A stretch of DNA of 61,108 nt, the filler included. It is 12 parts of 12 records of this genome, joined end to end, with 100 filler letters (N's around TTAATTAATTAA, not from the genome) between each part and the next. Parts side by side here need not be neighbours in the genome. Positions count along the whole stretch, not along the records: positions 30,943 to 34,842 come from SRR15195285_7272; positions 34,943 to 39,378 come from SRR15195285_7283; positions 39,479 to 43,090 come from SRR15195285_7296; positions 43,191 to 47,489 come from SRR15195285_7304; 8 more parts are not named here. One strand, 5' to 3'. Shown here in pieces: positions 34,767 to 46,377 of this stretch (position 1 is the stretch's first letter; every line of letters starts with the position of its first letter). A model generated the notes under the pieces. The model ran no database searches. It was not told the DNA's origin and was given only the letters and a program-made list of their open reading frames with translations. The translations under genes and the position numbers were made by a program.

Positions 34767-34842
34767 TTTTTTTTACACCCCGTTCGCCGTAGGCGAACCG
34801 GTTTTGTATGTTTTTGAGTAAAGCGGGTGCTCTTTTGCTAAT
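34767..34842. mobile_element. Putative Helentron/HINE-like element terminus
   Basis: T8-ACACCCC, then perfect hairpin GTTCGCC-GTA-GGCGAAC, shortly before a contig break. Confidence 0.4.
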
Positions 34843-34942
34843 NNNNNNNNNNNNNNNNNNNNNNNNNNNNNNNNNNNNNNNNNNNNTTAATTAATTAANN
34901 NNNNNNNNNNNNNNNNNNNNNNNNNNNNNNNNNNNNNNNNNN
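34843..34942. other. Artificial contig spacer
   Basis: 44 N + TTAATTAATTAA + 44 N. Confidence 0.99.
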
Positions 34943-35254
34943 ATTTCTACGCCAATCCGCTTTCTTTGGACTTACTAGTAGGCAATCAGTCACATACATG
35001 TACAGCTGTACCTTGTAGGTAGAGGTGGAACAGTCTCCTGCCTGAATGAGGTCACTCGCGGCCGGTACGCGGTGCCGGCGGCGCGGTGCCGGTGGGCGGG
35101 CCGCCGGGGATCGCGCTCATCACGCGCACTGCATGCGCGACCACGCGCGCGCGCGCGAACGAGTGGGTGGGGAGCGCTCGGCGGGGTCCGCGACTCCCTC
35201 GCTGCTGTTCGTCCCGTCACCCGGGTCGCTACAATCGACCGAGAGTCGTCAGCA

Positions 35255-37755
35255 ATGGGCTCCAAGGCGCCGGTGGAGGGGTCTTCTCCACGGGCCCCCG
35301 ACGAAGCCGCCGAGGGTCTGATCGACTACCTCAAATGCGTCGTGGACGGCATTCCACGCCGTCGAAGAGGGCAAGAAGATGCTGCTGGCCGATGGCTACG
35401 TGGAGATCAGCGAGCGCGACTCGTGGTGCGTCGGTTGCGTCTGATTCGCTTTCCCCTGGGTCCAGCAGTATAACCCCACGCAATTCAGTCGACAAAAGAG
35501 AACCAGAGTCAGCAGGCAGCTTCTGGTGCTGCGCTGCTGCTACTGCTGCTACTGCTGCTGTTGCTGCCCCTCCTCCTCCTCCAATACCGACTGTGCTGTG
35601 GCCCCACCGACCGCAGGCAGCTGAACCCAGGTGGCAAGTATTTTTTCACCCGCAACATGTCCACGCTGGTCGCGTTTGCCGTGGGCGGCGCGGTTGCCCC
35701 TGGCGCGGGGTTCACAATCGTGGGGGCTCACACGGACTCCCCTTGTCCGAAACTGAAGCCGATTTCGAAGCTTACCAAGGGTGGCTATCTGCAGCTGAGC
35801 GTGGCCGGCTACGGCGGCGGTCTCTGGCACACATGGTATGACCGCGACCTGTCCATTGCCGGGCGTGTCGTTGTGCGTAAAGAAGGCGAGCTGCCAAAAC
35901 ACCAGGTGGGCCTTTCTACATCGACATACTACCTCTCTACCATGTCAGCTGAGTGCGCCTATGGGTGTCGCTGTGCAGCTCGTCCGCATCGACCGGCCCA
36001 TCCTCCGCATTCCAACCCTCGCTGTACACCTCTCTCGCGAGAATGGCACCGTCAGCGGGTTCAAGTTCAATCTGCAGTCGAACTTCCCGCCTCTGCTCGC
36101 TACTGCGGCGAAGGATGCGCTGCTGGGGCCAGACTGGCAGCCACAGGAAAGCGAGTACGATGCTGGGGCTAGCCTTACGACAACGGGGAAAGAAAAGCAC
36201 CACCCACTGTTACTAACGCTGCTTTCGGAAGAGCTAGGATGCACACCTGCAGAAATCGCTGACTTTGAGCTGCAGCTGTGCGACACGCAACCAGCCCAGA
36301 TAGGTGGCGCACTGGACGAGTTTATCTTCTCTGGCAGATTGGACAACCTTGCCAACTGCTACTGTTCTGTGAAGGCGCTGATCGACTCGGGCAAGACCCT
36401 TGCAGACGAACCAAACGTGCGAATTTTGGAGCGCTCGTCTTGCCGACTATTGCCGCAGTTCGTTGCCAATTGCTGCATTTAAAGCCGATGGCGCCCACAC
36501 GGGTGTGCAGGTGCGCGTGATTGCGATGTTCGATAACGAAGAAGTGGGGTCGAACAGCTCGATGGTGCGTACAGTACCCGTCAAATCTGCACCTTCGACG
36601 TTGTATTGCGTTTGTCACATGCCGAGCTGACATCAGTTTGCACACCTACGAATGTACTTGCGCCTATAGGGCGCAGGTGGTCCCGTCATGATAGATACTA
36701 TCAAGCGCATCACGGAAGTCATCGCCGCGACTGGTGGCGCTTTGCCTCACGAAGCACACGTGCAGGCAGTTCAGCGCTCGTTCCTGGTCTCAGCTGATAT
36801 GGGTGAGCAACCCTGACCACAGCACCGTTATCTTAATGGTTGGACTGGTTGTGTTCGAATTAGTCGAGCTAGACCTAGTTTTTGCATGTAAGTACTCACT
36901 ACACCGGCGGACTGTTGATAGCACACGCGTTGCATCCGAACTATCCTGAGAAACACGACCCAGCACTACAGCCAACGCTCGGCGGAGGAATGGTTATCAA
37001 AACAAATCTGGAGCAGCGTTATGCAACTTCTGCCGTGTCAGGTGAGGAGACCTGATGGCAAATGCTCCGGTTCCGCGTCTAGTTGATCTCAGTGTGCACC
37101 TGATTTGACCTGTGCACGCACTCTGCAGGGTTCTTCTTCCGTGCATGTGGGGCCAAAGCAGACGAAGGCCCGCTGCCGTTCCAGGAGTACGCTGTTCCTG
37201 CTGACTGCCCGTGCGGCAGCACCATTGGTCCTGTCCTGTCTGCAGCCACTGGAATCAGGTGTGTGGACGTTGGGCCAGCCCAGTGGTCCATGCATTCGGT
37301 AACGATTCCGCGTCAAATCTGCTTCGGCTTGGATTTCTTTACATTCGTTCGTGACGTTGTTAGATACCGGTACTGGTGAAGAACGAGCTGCTTCTAACCA
37401 TCTGTGTCTGGATGTCAACAACCAGGTTCGCGAGACAATGGGTGTGGCCGACGTTCAGTACACGATCGATCATTTCAAAAGCGTGTTTGAGCATTTCCCC
37501 GCAGTCGACGCGGAGCTAAGTGCGTCGCAGAAGAAGTTCATTCCACTTCAAATTTTCGTGGTGCACGCCCAACATTTAGCTCCTTTTGCCATCAATGCTC
37601 TGGCTGATGGCGTGCTACACTGTTCTGTGCGATGGTGGCGTACAGCGGTCGATGGCGTGCCCTACAACGTCGGTACGTTTTCGTGCGGCGAAGTGAGTCC
37701 GGATCCTGAAGCAGGATCTGTGAAGCCATCACCAGTGGCGCGATCATTTTTCTGA
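35255..37755 (+). CDS. DNPEP: Aspartyl aminopeptidase (M18); introns 35426-35616, 35906-35978, 36417-36510, 36565-36669, 36803-36921, 37042-37128, 37299-37425, probably 37520-37645; apparent 1-nt frameshift at 35333-35335; 3' end uncertain
   Basis: GAHTDSP, YGGGLWHTWYDRDL, RIPTLAVHL, SGRLDNL, FDNEEVGS, SADMAHALHPNY, CGSTIGP, SMHSVRE after splicing. Confidence 0.92.
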
Positions 37756-37919
37756 TAATCATCCACAGGCCGAGTACGCGGTCGGCTAGCTCATCTGCAG
37801 ATCAACTTACTGTGAATCACTTTTATTGAATTGCATAGCAGTTTATCATGTACGCATGTCAGCTACATGGCAATTGTGGATACGACACTGTGCGGCAGCC
37901 GGGCGTGTCACAGAGACCG

Positions 37920-39023
37920 TCAACTGCTGCCATGCTGCCGAAAGTAACCCTTTCCGAATTCGTAACTGCCAATCATAATCGCGCACGCAGGGGCCACCTT
38001 CATCAACCGCGGTCCCAGTCCTGCAAACAGTCCCGTCCACCCCGCCTCTCCCACGACCTGCGTAGCCGTTCTGAGCGTGGAAGGGACTGCCGCTGTCCGA
38101 TCGAAAAGGAACACTTGCTGACGTGTCTTGATGACATCGAAGGGAGTAGTTAGGAGGGCTGCAACTGTTCCCGAGCAAGCGCCCGCCACGAAGCTCGTCT
38201 GAAACAGCACCTTCAGATCCGGACCTTGGCCTCGGTCTTTGCCAGGCCACGTGTGGCGCGCAAGAAGCCGTGCTCGCAGCTGTTCGTATCCGAGCCAATA
38301 TACAGCAGAGAACGGAACATCTTTCCACAGCGATGGGATCAGCCCTCGAAACAGCAGCTTCGGGCCAGTGAAGGCAATCTCCGCCCCCACACGCCGGACC
38401 ACGGTGATTAGACCGCCGTTGCCAGAACCAGCTGTCGATCTCTCTGCCATCATGATGGTCCGCACAAGCTCCAAGGGCGATATCAACGTGGTTGCTATCG
38501 TGCGCGCGCTCGAACCGGCTAGCACTGGGGCCAGCCACTCGCGTTCCGGGCTTAGTCTCCTTTTGAAGCGCTCACGGATCGTATCGTAAGTCGTGAAATA
38601 CAGCATAGTCGCAGGCACAGCCATTGCGAGCGTAGGAGACAGGCCATTATACAAGCTCGAAACGCCCTCTTTGCGCGCAATCTGCACGAACGCGTCGGCC
38701 GTGCTTCGGAAGTACGGCGTCTCGCAGGCCATCTGCCGCGCTTGGCTGCTCAGTGGCACGGCTTGTTCCATCAGCCCGTTGTTGAGCATGAAGTACGAGC
38801 ACTTGGGGCATCCAGAATCTAGCACAAGCGCGTGAGCTTGCCGGCTGCTTCCACTCGGCAGGCCTGCCTTCTCTATGCACGGCAGCTCTACCTGCGACTG
38901 CGCTTGAAGACGTGTCTTGACTACATCCAAAGGGGTCATCAGTAAGCTAGTCGCGAGGGCGCCAATGCACGACGATGCCATCTGCTGCAGCGGCGTGATC
39001 TGCGCCTCCTGCTTCGCCGCCAT
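37920..39023 (-). CDS. SLC25A39: Mitochondrial carrier SLC25A39/40 (Mtm1-like)
   Basis: TPLDVVKTRLQ, SPLELVRT, TPFDVIKTRQQ; Cys loop CPKC...NNGLME; MAVPATMLYFTTYD; KVAPACAIMIGSYE. Confidence 0.9.
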   Translation of the reverse strand: MAAKQEAQITPLQQMASSCIGALATSLLMTPLDVVKTRLQAQSQVELPCIEKAGLPSGSSRQAHALVLDSGCPKCSYFMLNNGLMEQAVPLSSQARQMACETPYFRSTADAFVQIARKEGVSSLYNGLSPTLAMAVPATMLYFTTYDTIRERFKRRLSPEREWLAPVLAGSSARTIATTLISPLELVRTIMMAERSTAGSGNGGLITVVRRVGAEIAFTGPKLLFRGLIPSLWKDVPFSAVYWLGYEQLRARLLARHTWPGKDRGQGPDLKVLFQTSFVAGACSGTVAALLTTPFDVIKTRQQVFLFDRTAAVPSTLRTATQVVGEAGWTGLFAGLGPRLMKVAPACAIMIGSYEFGKGYFRQHGSS

Positions 39024-39307
39024 GACAACTTGCTGCCCTGGCAAGCCGCACGCTGAGTTGCTTGCACCCTGCACCGTCGCTTGCGATGACTACGATGGAC
39101 ACCGCGCCTACATCCCCGTATCGCACCCACAACCCTGTCGGCGCAGACCAACAGCGCGCGCCCAGCGCGAAACCCTCCTCCAGCAAGCACAAGCCGCGCG
39201 CGGGAGCAGCGCGCAGCTGGCAAGCAAGCCGAAAAAGCGCAAGCTCGCGCGCCTGACCAGCAGCAGCACAGCCGCTCCTAGACGACCACCTCCTTCAACC
39301 AAAACCC

Positions 39308-39378
39308 CCGTTCTCCAGCCGTTCTCCAATCGTTATAAAGCCGTTACACAGCCGTTATCCAGCCGTTATCCAGCCGTT
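39308..39378. repeat. 11-bp tandem repeat, consensus CCGTTATCCAG, about 6.5 copies, running into the contig end
   Basis: ccgttctccag ccgttctccaa tcgttataaag ccgttacacag ccgttatccag ccgttatccag ccgtt. Confidence 0.9.
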
Positions 39379-39478
39379 NNNNNNNNNNNNNNNNNNNNNN
39401 NNNNNNNNNNNNNNNNNNNNNNTTAATTAATTAANNNNNNNNNNNNNNNNNNNNNNNNNNNNNNNNNNNNNNNNNNNN
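39379..39478. other. Artificial contig spacer
   Basis: 44 N + TTAATTAATTAA + 44 N. Confidence 0.99.
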
Positions 39479-39597
39479 CCGTACGGGTTATCCGATCCCG
39501 ATGCCCCCGCACGCCGGCGGCCGATCGACTCGGTACGATCTGAAAACGCGTCGCGTCGCTGCTCGCGCTGCCGTCAAAGCCCCGGGCGCGATCGAGA

Positions 39598-42500
39598 ATG
39601 AGGGCATCTATGCAGCTCCTCAGCCTGACGATGTACTCGCTGGGCAGCGTATCCACATCGAAATCTACCGGAGCGGCACTCGCAGCCAGTGCTCCAAAGC
39701 ACGTGCTGCACATCGTCTCGGATGTGAGCAGCCACCCAAGTTCTGGGGTCTATATATAGGTAGGGCGCCAGCGTCGCTACAGGGCGCTATAGCAACGCTG
39801 GCGCCTCTTAGAGTATAGTGTAGTGCACATTCAAGCAGAGACGTGTCCCAACTGTGGATTATCCTGATCGGTCGACTGACCAAAGTCGCTTGCTCACTGC
39901 GTGGCCAAAGGATCTGGGGTACAATGATCTAGGTATCCGGAATGGTGGTAAGACCATCACGCCACACATCGACGAGCTCATCCGCACCGGGGTCACGCTA
40001 TCGTCCTACTGTGCGTCGCCAGTGTACCCTTGAGTAGCGAACATGCTTGGCGCTGCCTGCGCGGAACCTCCGTCCCAGATATATAGTCTGAAGAGCACCG
40101 CCTGAACCCTCTACTCGGCGCACCGGGCTGTGCAATCATGTAGACACCTTCCGGCTTTGTAGTCCGACACGCGCCTCGATTATGTCTGGGCGATATCCCT
40201 GGGGCGTGGGGTTCTACAATATGCAGTCCAAATCGAAGACAAACGGCTTTAGTGACTCTTTCCACTGCGTAGCCCCAGAGATTCCATTGCTACCGGATCT
40301 GCTGAAGCATCAGGGCTGTGAGTGCACGAACTCACAGTTGCGCCTACTCTTTTCATCATGCGAGTTTAGTTTGATGGTTGTATCGGCCAGATAAAACACA
40401 CGCACTAGGCAAGTGGGACGTGGTGCGTCCCAATAACCAATCTCGCCGACCGAACCAATGCTGGCCAAGCTAGACCGAACCCTCATCTAACGACGCGCTG
40501 TCTGGTCCCTACTTGCCACACACAAGGGCTATATCCAACGGCACTGCCTGCCGACATATAGAGGTTTCGACACATTCCTGGGATATTATACTGCCTGTAC
40601 TTCTGATTACTGGTATCACGGGGCACCTGGTGGAGGCCTTGCTGAGAGCACCTGCGGTGGGGTTGACTTCCACGACTCGGTTGGCGATCAAATCAAGGGG
40701 GCAAGTATGAAGGGCCCGACATCATTGAACGGTACCTATGATCAGGTGGTGTTCTCGCAGCGCGCGGTCGATATTATCCACGATCATGACAAGTCCAGTC
40801 CGCTCTACATATATCTCGCGTACCACAATGTCCATGACGCGTGCATTTCGGACCGTTTCTCTGGCGGACTGAACGCGCCGATGGAGACTGTCGACCTGTA
40901 CAAGACGACAGTCCGCGACACGTGGAAAGTACAGGCAGCTATGACGACCGAGCTCGACTATGGTGTGAGTTGCGCAGCTAGCATCTCCAAGGTTACTGGT
41001 ATAAAGCCAACCCAGAGTCTACCTTGTTTACGATTTGCTTGCGGCGTCTGTGCTAATAATCGTTTCGGTGCGTTTACACAGGTAGCCAACGTGACAGGGG
41101 CGTTGAAAGCTGCTGGCTTGTATCAGACAAGCGTGCTGCTTTTTATGTCGGACAACGTGCGTATGAACCTCCTGGATTTGTCGTCGCAGGCTCGTACATC
41201 CTCTGCACTGCCGCACCTACGTGCAGAATATTCTGCGTCCAATCTGCGCTGCTGCCTCAACGTCTCCGTACGCCACCGTGTGCAGGGAGGGCCACTCGAC
41301 CATAGCAACAACTGGCCGCTGGTAAGCACGATGGTTCTGCTCTGTTGATTTTGTCTCAGTCTTGCCGGCGCGCGATGTTGACCTGCTGGCTGATGTGACG
41401 GGTTGCTTGCGGTGTGGAAAACAAGCGTGGTGGGAAAGGTAAGTCTCTGATGGCGCTGCCTGGTGCATCCTGTCGGTCTCTTGGGCGCCGTACACGAGGT
41501 ACTGGTAGCATGCTGCTGATGCATGGAATGTATGTGTGTTTGTGTGCAGCATCGGATTGGGAGGGTGGATACAGAGTTGAGGCATTTGTCCACAGTCCAC
41601 TGTTGCCGGCGCAGGTCGCAGGCACGACCTGGGATGGTATTGCTCACTCATCTGTGCGTGTGCCACCGAAGACGTCGCGAGCATGCATGTAGATAGTCCA
41701 CACGACGTGTCTTACGTGGTGTGCGATGCTGTTGGTTGGTGTACAGGATTGGTACGTGACATGTATCGAAGGGATAGCGGGTGGCACGATTCCGGCGCTT
41801 CCCTCTGGTGTGCGCCCCACTGATGGGCATAACCTGTGGCCGGTAAGACACAACATCAGGTTTCTACCATTCTACCAGTTCGGTCTCTTGTCGCCCTTGG
41901 TGCAGCGCCGCACTTGACGAGTCGATGTGCAGGCGCTGCTTGGAGAGAATCTGACTTCCCCTCGAACCGAGGTTATCCACGCTGTGCATAACCAGTACGT
42001 AGTTGTCCCTAATTCATCAGCAAGCACAAGAACAGCACGTAGGGGTTTCTGATCGCTCAAATGCACGTGTACGTGGATTGGCAGGTACTTCAACAAGAGT
42101 GCGGGAAACTGGCCAATTGCCGCCGCGCGCTTCGGGGACTGGAAGGTCATCGTCGGGAAGAATTGCGAAGAGCAACAGACCTGGCAAGCGTGGCCAGCGC
42201 CTGGCTCCGTGGAGGTACCTTTTGGTCTCACTGGGGGATGGCTGGAGCCTGGAACTAACCATGCACGATCACCACTACTTGATGGTAATAAGTCTGCGGA
42301 GATGGTGGATCCCTTGGCGCCATCATCATGTGGAGACACCGGGATCCTGTTCAAGTCTAGCAAAGGGATGGTCTGCTGCCTGAAGTCATGCGGCAAGTGT
42401 GGCTGCCCTGCTGGCGTTCCAAACCACTGCGACAAGAACGTGTCGAAAGCCCAGTGCCAAAATGGGGTGAGTTAACATGCGCGATGACTGCCAACTTGCC

Positions 42501-43006
42501 ACTTGTTCTACACTGCGGTCGTATAGTGGCGGCGACATTACCGATATATTTCCTGACACAGCCACCATCAACTCAGCGCTAGTTGAGAACGCTTGCTTAT
42601 GCTCGTGCGCAATATACTACATAGTGCTGTGTCGAAGAGATTGAAAGGGCCGGTCGGCTTTGCACCGAGAGCTCACCTCCATGTGTGGTGTCTAAACCGC
42701 CGCCAGGTCCACCAGTGAGCGACTGCCTGTACGTACTTGCAACCTTCCTGGACCGTTTGTCTCTTGGTTTCCATCGGGCAGCGTTGCTGCAAGTGTCACT
42801 AGTTTGACCAGAGTGCGGATGCTGCGTTGCGACGGTCGGTGGGCCGCAACGAAACGATGAATTTCGGCAGGTACAACCTCGCAGTAGATAAGAACGAGAC
42901 AACGAACCTTGCCGGGAGCCCAGAGCATGCCAGTTTGCTAGCGATGCTCAAGCAGCGACTGGTCGATGCAGGTTCAACTGGACCTCCTTTGGCGTCAGCC
43001 TTCGTG
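39598..43006 (+). CDS. S1 formylglycine sulfatase (arylsulfatase B/I/J-like); at least 14 exons; 3'-truncated
   Basis: Spliced KHVLHIVSD|DLGYND, CSPTRASIMSGRY, HALGKWD, RGFDTFLGY, MSDN|GG, NWPL|RGGK|ASDWEGG, LYNLAVDKNETTNLA. Introns 39724-39910, 40011-40143, 40318-40390, 40423-40526, 40965-41081, 41157-41285, 41322-41425, 41439-41549, 41654-41746, 41843-41932, 41995-42084, 42467-42624, 42729-42870. Confidence 0.92.
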
Positions 43007-43090
43007 GTACGCTCGCAGAGACGAGACAACGACCAATGAGTCCTGCTTGCGTGGCGGTGTGACATCCTTCGTCTTACACCGTTTGCGTCG

Positions 43091-43190
43091 NNNNNNNNNN
43101 NNNNNNNNNNNNNNNNNNNNNNNNNNNNNNNNNNTTAATTAATTAANNNNNNNNNNNNNNNNNNNNNNNNNNNNNNNNNNNNNNNNNNNN
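43091..43190. other. Artificial contig spacer
   Basis: 44 N + TTAATTAATTAA + 44 N. Confidence 0.99.
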
Positions 43191-44113
43191 GGGCATAAGG
43201 CCTTATGCCCGGTGTCAGTGGCGTCGCGGACGTCATCATTCTGGGATATGGAGCCACCACCTAGGTCAGGTCCATCCTTTTCAGTGCGAGGGTCGTATCC
43301 AGGCTCCAAGGCGACAGCGCATTTATGTCGTCAGCGTCTGGCCCATAATCTATCGTCAGCTGCTCACCAGGTGTGATCGGGAGGTCAAGCGTCCAGATTT
43401 CAGGAAAGTTTCCAGGAGAGATCTGCAAGTGCAACTGTCCTCATGAGCTGCAACTGCTTGCACAACTGTAACTCACGAACACGTGCGTCACTGAGGCGGT
43501 CTGAGAAATCACCGATCATCATGATGAGATATATTATCCTACAGGTACCGTACAATTGTAGTAGGATCTACAGTACGGCATGATAGCATGAATAGGTCGA
43601 ATCAGGGAATTGGGGAATTTGCATTCAGCCAAGACAAGGCTCTACTGGTAGCTAGGATCCTCTACCCTCTAGATCTAGCTGAGGCCGGTGGTCGGTTGGG
43701 ACGCATGCGGTGACGTGATCGCGACCCACGTCAGTGCCCTCGCTCGACCACGCGCGCCCTACATACGGCGATACGCAGGCAGAGGTGCCCCCCCACAGCT
43801 TGTTGAGAGCCACCTCACAGCTTTTTGAGAGGGCTGACTCAGCGGGGTGCGCGGAGCGGTGAGGTTCGATGTGCTCGGCTCGGATTGCAGCGCAGGCCGG
43901 CTGTTGAGAAGCTGCCGCAGGAGCAGCGAGGCAGGCAGGTCGAACAGGTCGAACGGGACCTGTAGAGCGTGTGCGGTGTACACTTCAAGTGTACAAACAA
44001 GCTGCAGTTGATCAGGCAGCGGAAGTCGAGGTGCCCGTCGAACGAAGGGCTGCTGCCGCGAGACATGGACCGCGCCGATATCGTACCAGTATATCCAAAC
44101 ACCAACTAGTGGT

Positions 44114-45835
44114 ATGATCATCTACGACCATACGACAGTGCTGGGGCGGCTGTTTCAGTGGAAAGGCACAGTGCTGCAGGATACTCTACTCCACGTCGCC
44201 GTAGCCAATGCTGTTACGCTCGTAGTGTTGCTATTTCTACAGGTCGATGGAGTGGTCGCATGGCAAGAGCGACCGAGCTGGGTACCGGCGCCAGTGGCGG
44301 TGCAAGACATCAGCCCGCTGGCGTGGCAGCTTCTCATGTTGCCACTCGGTTTCTTGCTAGGGCTGCGCTCCAACCAAGCATATGGTGCGCCCAACTGGCG
44401 AACTATCTGCTTGCAGCCGTCTCACCGCGCCGTACTTGCTGCGCTCAGGGCGGTTCTTACAAGGCGTCGAAGCATTCACGGACCTCAAACGGTGCTGTGG
44501 AGAGCTGTGTCGGCAGACTAGCTCCTACGTCAAGCATGACGTTCGCAAGAACAGAGGAGAGGGCGAGCCAGACTGGCAGTATCTGAACCCACCGGCAGGA
44601 GAGCATGCGCCGTACGAGGCTGAGGATTGTCGAGATGAGCAAAAAGAGAGCATCATTCGCCATGTGTTTACCTTCATTGCCCTGGTGAGGCAGGATATCC
44701 GAAACAAACGGTTGCTGGCACCAACAAGCGAAGAAGAGATGCTTTTTCGCGCTACGGAGGAGCGGTTGCACGTGACCCAAGAGGAGATGAATTACCTCAT
44801 CCAAGAAGGTTCGTACGACGAGGACATCGACGCGCCTCTCATCGTCGCACGATGGCTGAGTCACGACATCGCAAGTGTCGCGCATCGTGTTCAGATTCCA
44901 ACGCTGGTTGCTGCGATGGAAATGAACGTGGGGGATATGGTGAAAGCGGTGTGTGCAGTCACGCGTCAGATCTGGACTGTTCTGTAGTATGTGGCTGTTG
45001 AAGTTTGCCTAGGCTGCTCTTATGCCCGGTTTGCAGGCTGGTGTGACTCACGCGTGGCGTGTGTGCTGCTTGATTGGGGTTCAGTATCATGAGATCGAGA
45101 AGATCGCCGATCACCCAGTGCCATGGCCTTACACTCACCTCACTCAATTTTTTCTGGTCATCTGGACCTACTCCCTGCCAGCGTGCTTAGTGCCTACCTA
45201 TGGCTACGCAGGTGAGGAAGCCACGAGTTCAACACCGTCGCTGCAGTCTGCCCATTTGCTTGGATTTGCTTGCTCAAGATGCTAACGTATCGGTTTTGGC
45301 TGCCACTGGCGTGCGTGTTGGTACGGCATGGATAGCGCTCCCTTTCATGACTTTCATCACCATCATTTTGTTCGGCATGGACGCCGTCGCCCGAGAGATC
45401 CAGGATCCGTTCGGATTCGATGACAACGACCTGAACGTACAAGGTTACGAATCGAGCTTGTTTTACAATGCGGAGGCGACAATTGATGGCAAACTCCGCA
45501 TCCGGACTCGCGATTTCGCTGCCTCTACCACACATGTCAGAGCAGAAGATGGCGCCCGGCTGCGCGAGCATAAGTCAGGGAGCAGTGAATATATGGGTGT
45601 CGAAGAGCTCGACGCAGGCTTGGAGCACAAAGAGAACCTTTGGAGTCTAACAAATTTGCCGTGGAGGACTCACGGTAAGTTCGATGACATGACAAAGCAA
45701 GAGAGGCAGTATGCCAACAAGAAGAACAACGCGTTGCGGAAGCTGGACAAGAAAAGGGAGAGGACACAGACGTTCTCTAGCGCGGTCCACGAGAGCAAGC
45801 GTAACCTAGACACAGAGGTCTTCGAAGATGAGTAG
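44114..45835 (+). CDS. Bestrophin-family (YneE/VCCN-like) anion channel; introns 44385-44448, 44949-45084, 45212-45335; start uncertain
   Basis: MIIYD...LFQWKGTVL, LGFLLGLRSNQAYGRF, EKIADHPVPWPY, EIQDPFGFDDNDL. Confidence 0.88.
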
Positions 45836-46377
45836 GAAAGTATAGAAGCACGTTCGGCTGGAAAATAGAACGGATAGCGCCGCCGGTTGGTGGTTGCTAG
45901 CTTTAAAACACAGAACAGCCGTACCTCCGGCACGTACCATGTTAGCCGATCCACATACCGGCGGCTGCTGGTAGGTACGTACTTGCGGCTGTCTCAGGTG
46001 CCATTTATTCACCACAATGGGGGCCCCACTCAGCACGTCACCTCACAGCGAACTACACCATCACATCTGCTAGGAAACTCATACCTTTGGTCTCACGTCG
46101 GTTCGCAAAAAGACGAGCAGTGCTTCCATGCCCAACAGCGCTCATACCTTGATGCCAAAGTAATAGATCTAGTGCACTCACACAGTGTGTCAATCTCAGA
46201 ATGACTGAATGTTGAGGGAGGCGCAACAATTATGAATTATCTTGCTGCACTCGCTTTCAACACCGTTGCGATGAAGTGTCTGAACCCGTGCGACCAATCG
46301 CTCGTCCGTTTGCCCGATATCGTCCACTCAATTGACCGCGCGTTGTAGTAGGACGCTGTGCTTACGTGCAGACCTTT

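Noticed and set aside
35525-35582. (GCT)n/(CCT)n run read as poly-Ala or poly-Ser coding
   Set aside because: Lies inside DNPEP intron 1 (35426-35616).
38730-38885. Cys-rich loop in the mitochondrial carrier as a novelty
   Set aside because: A known feature of SLC25A39/40.
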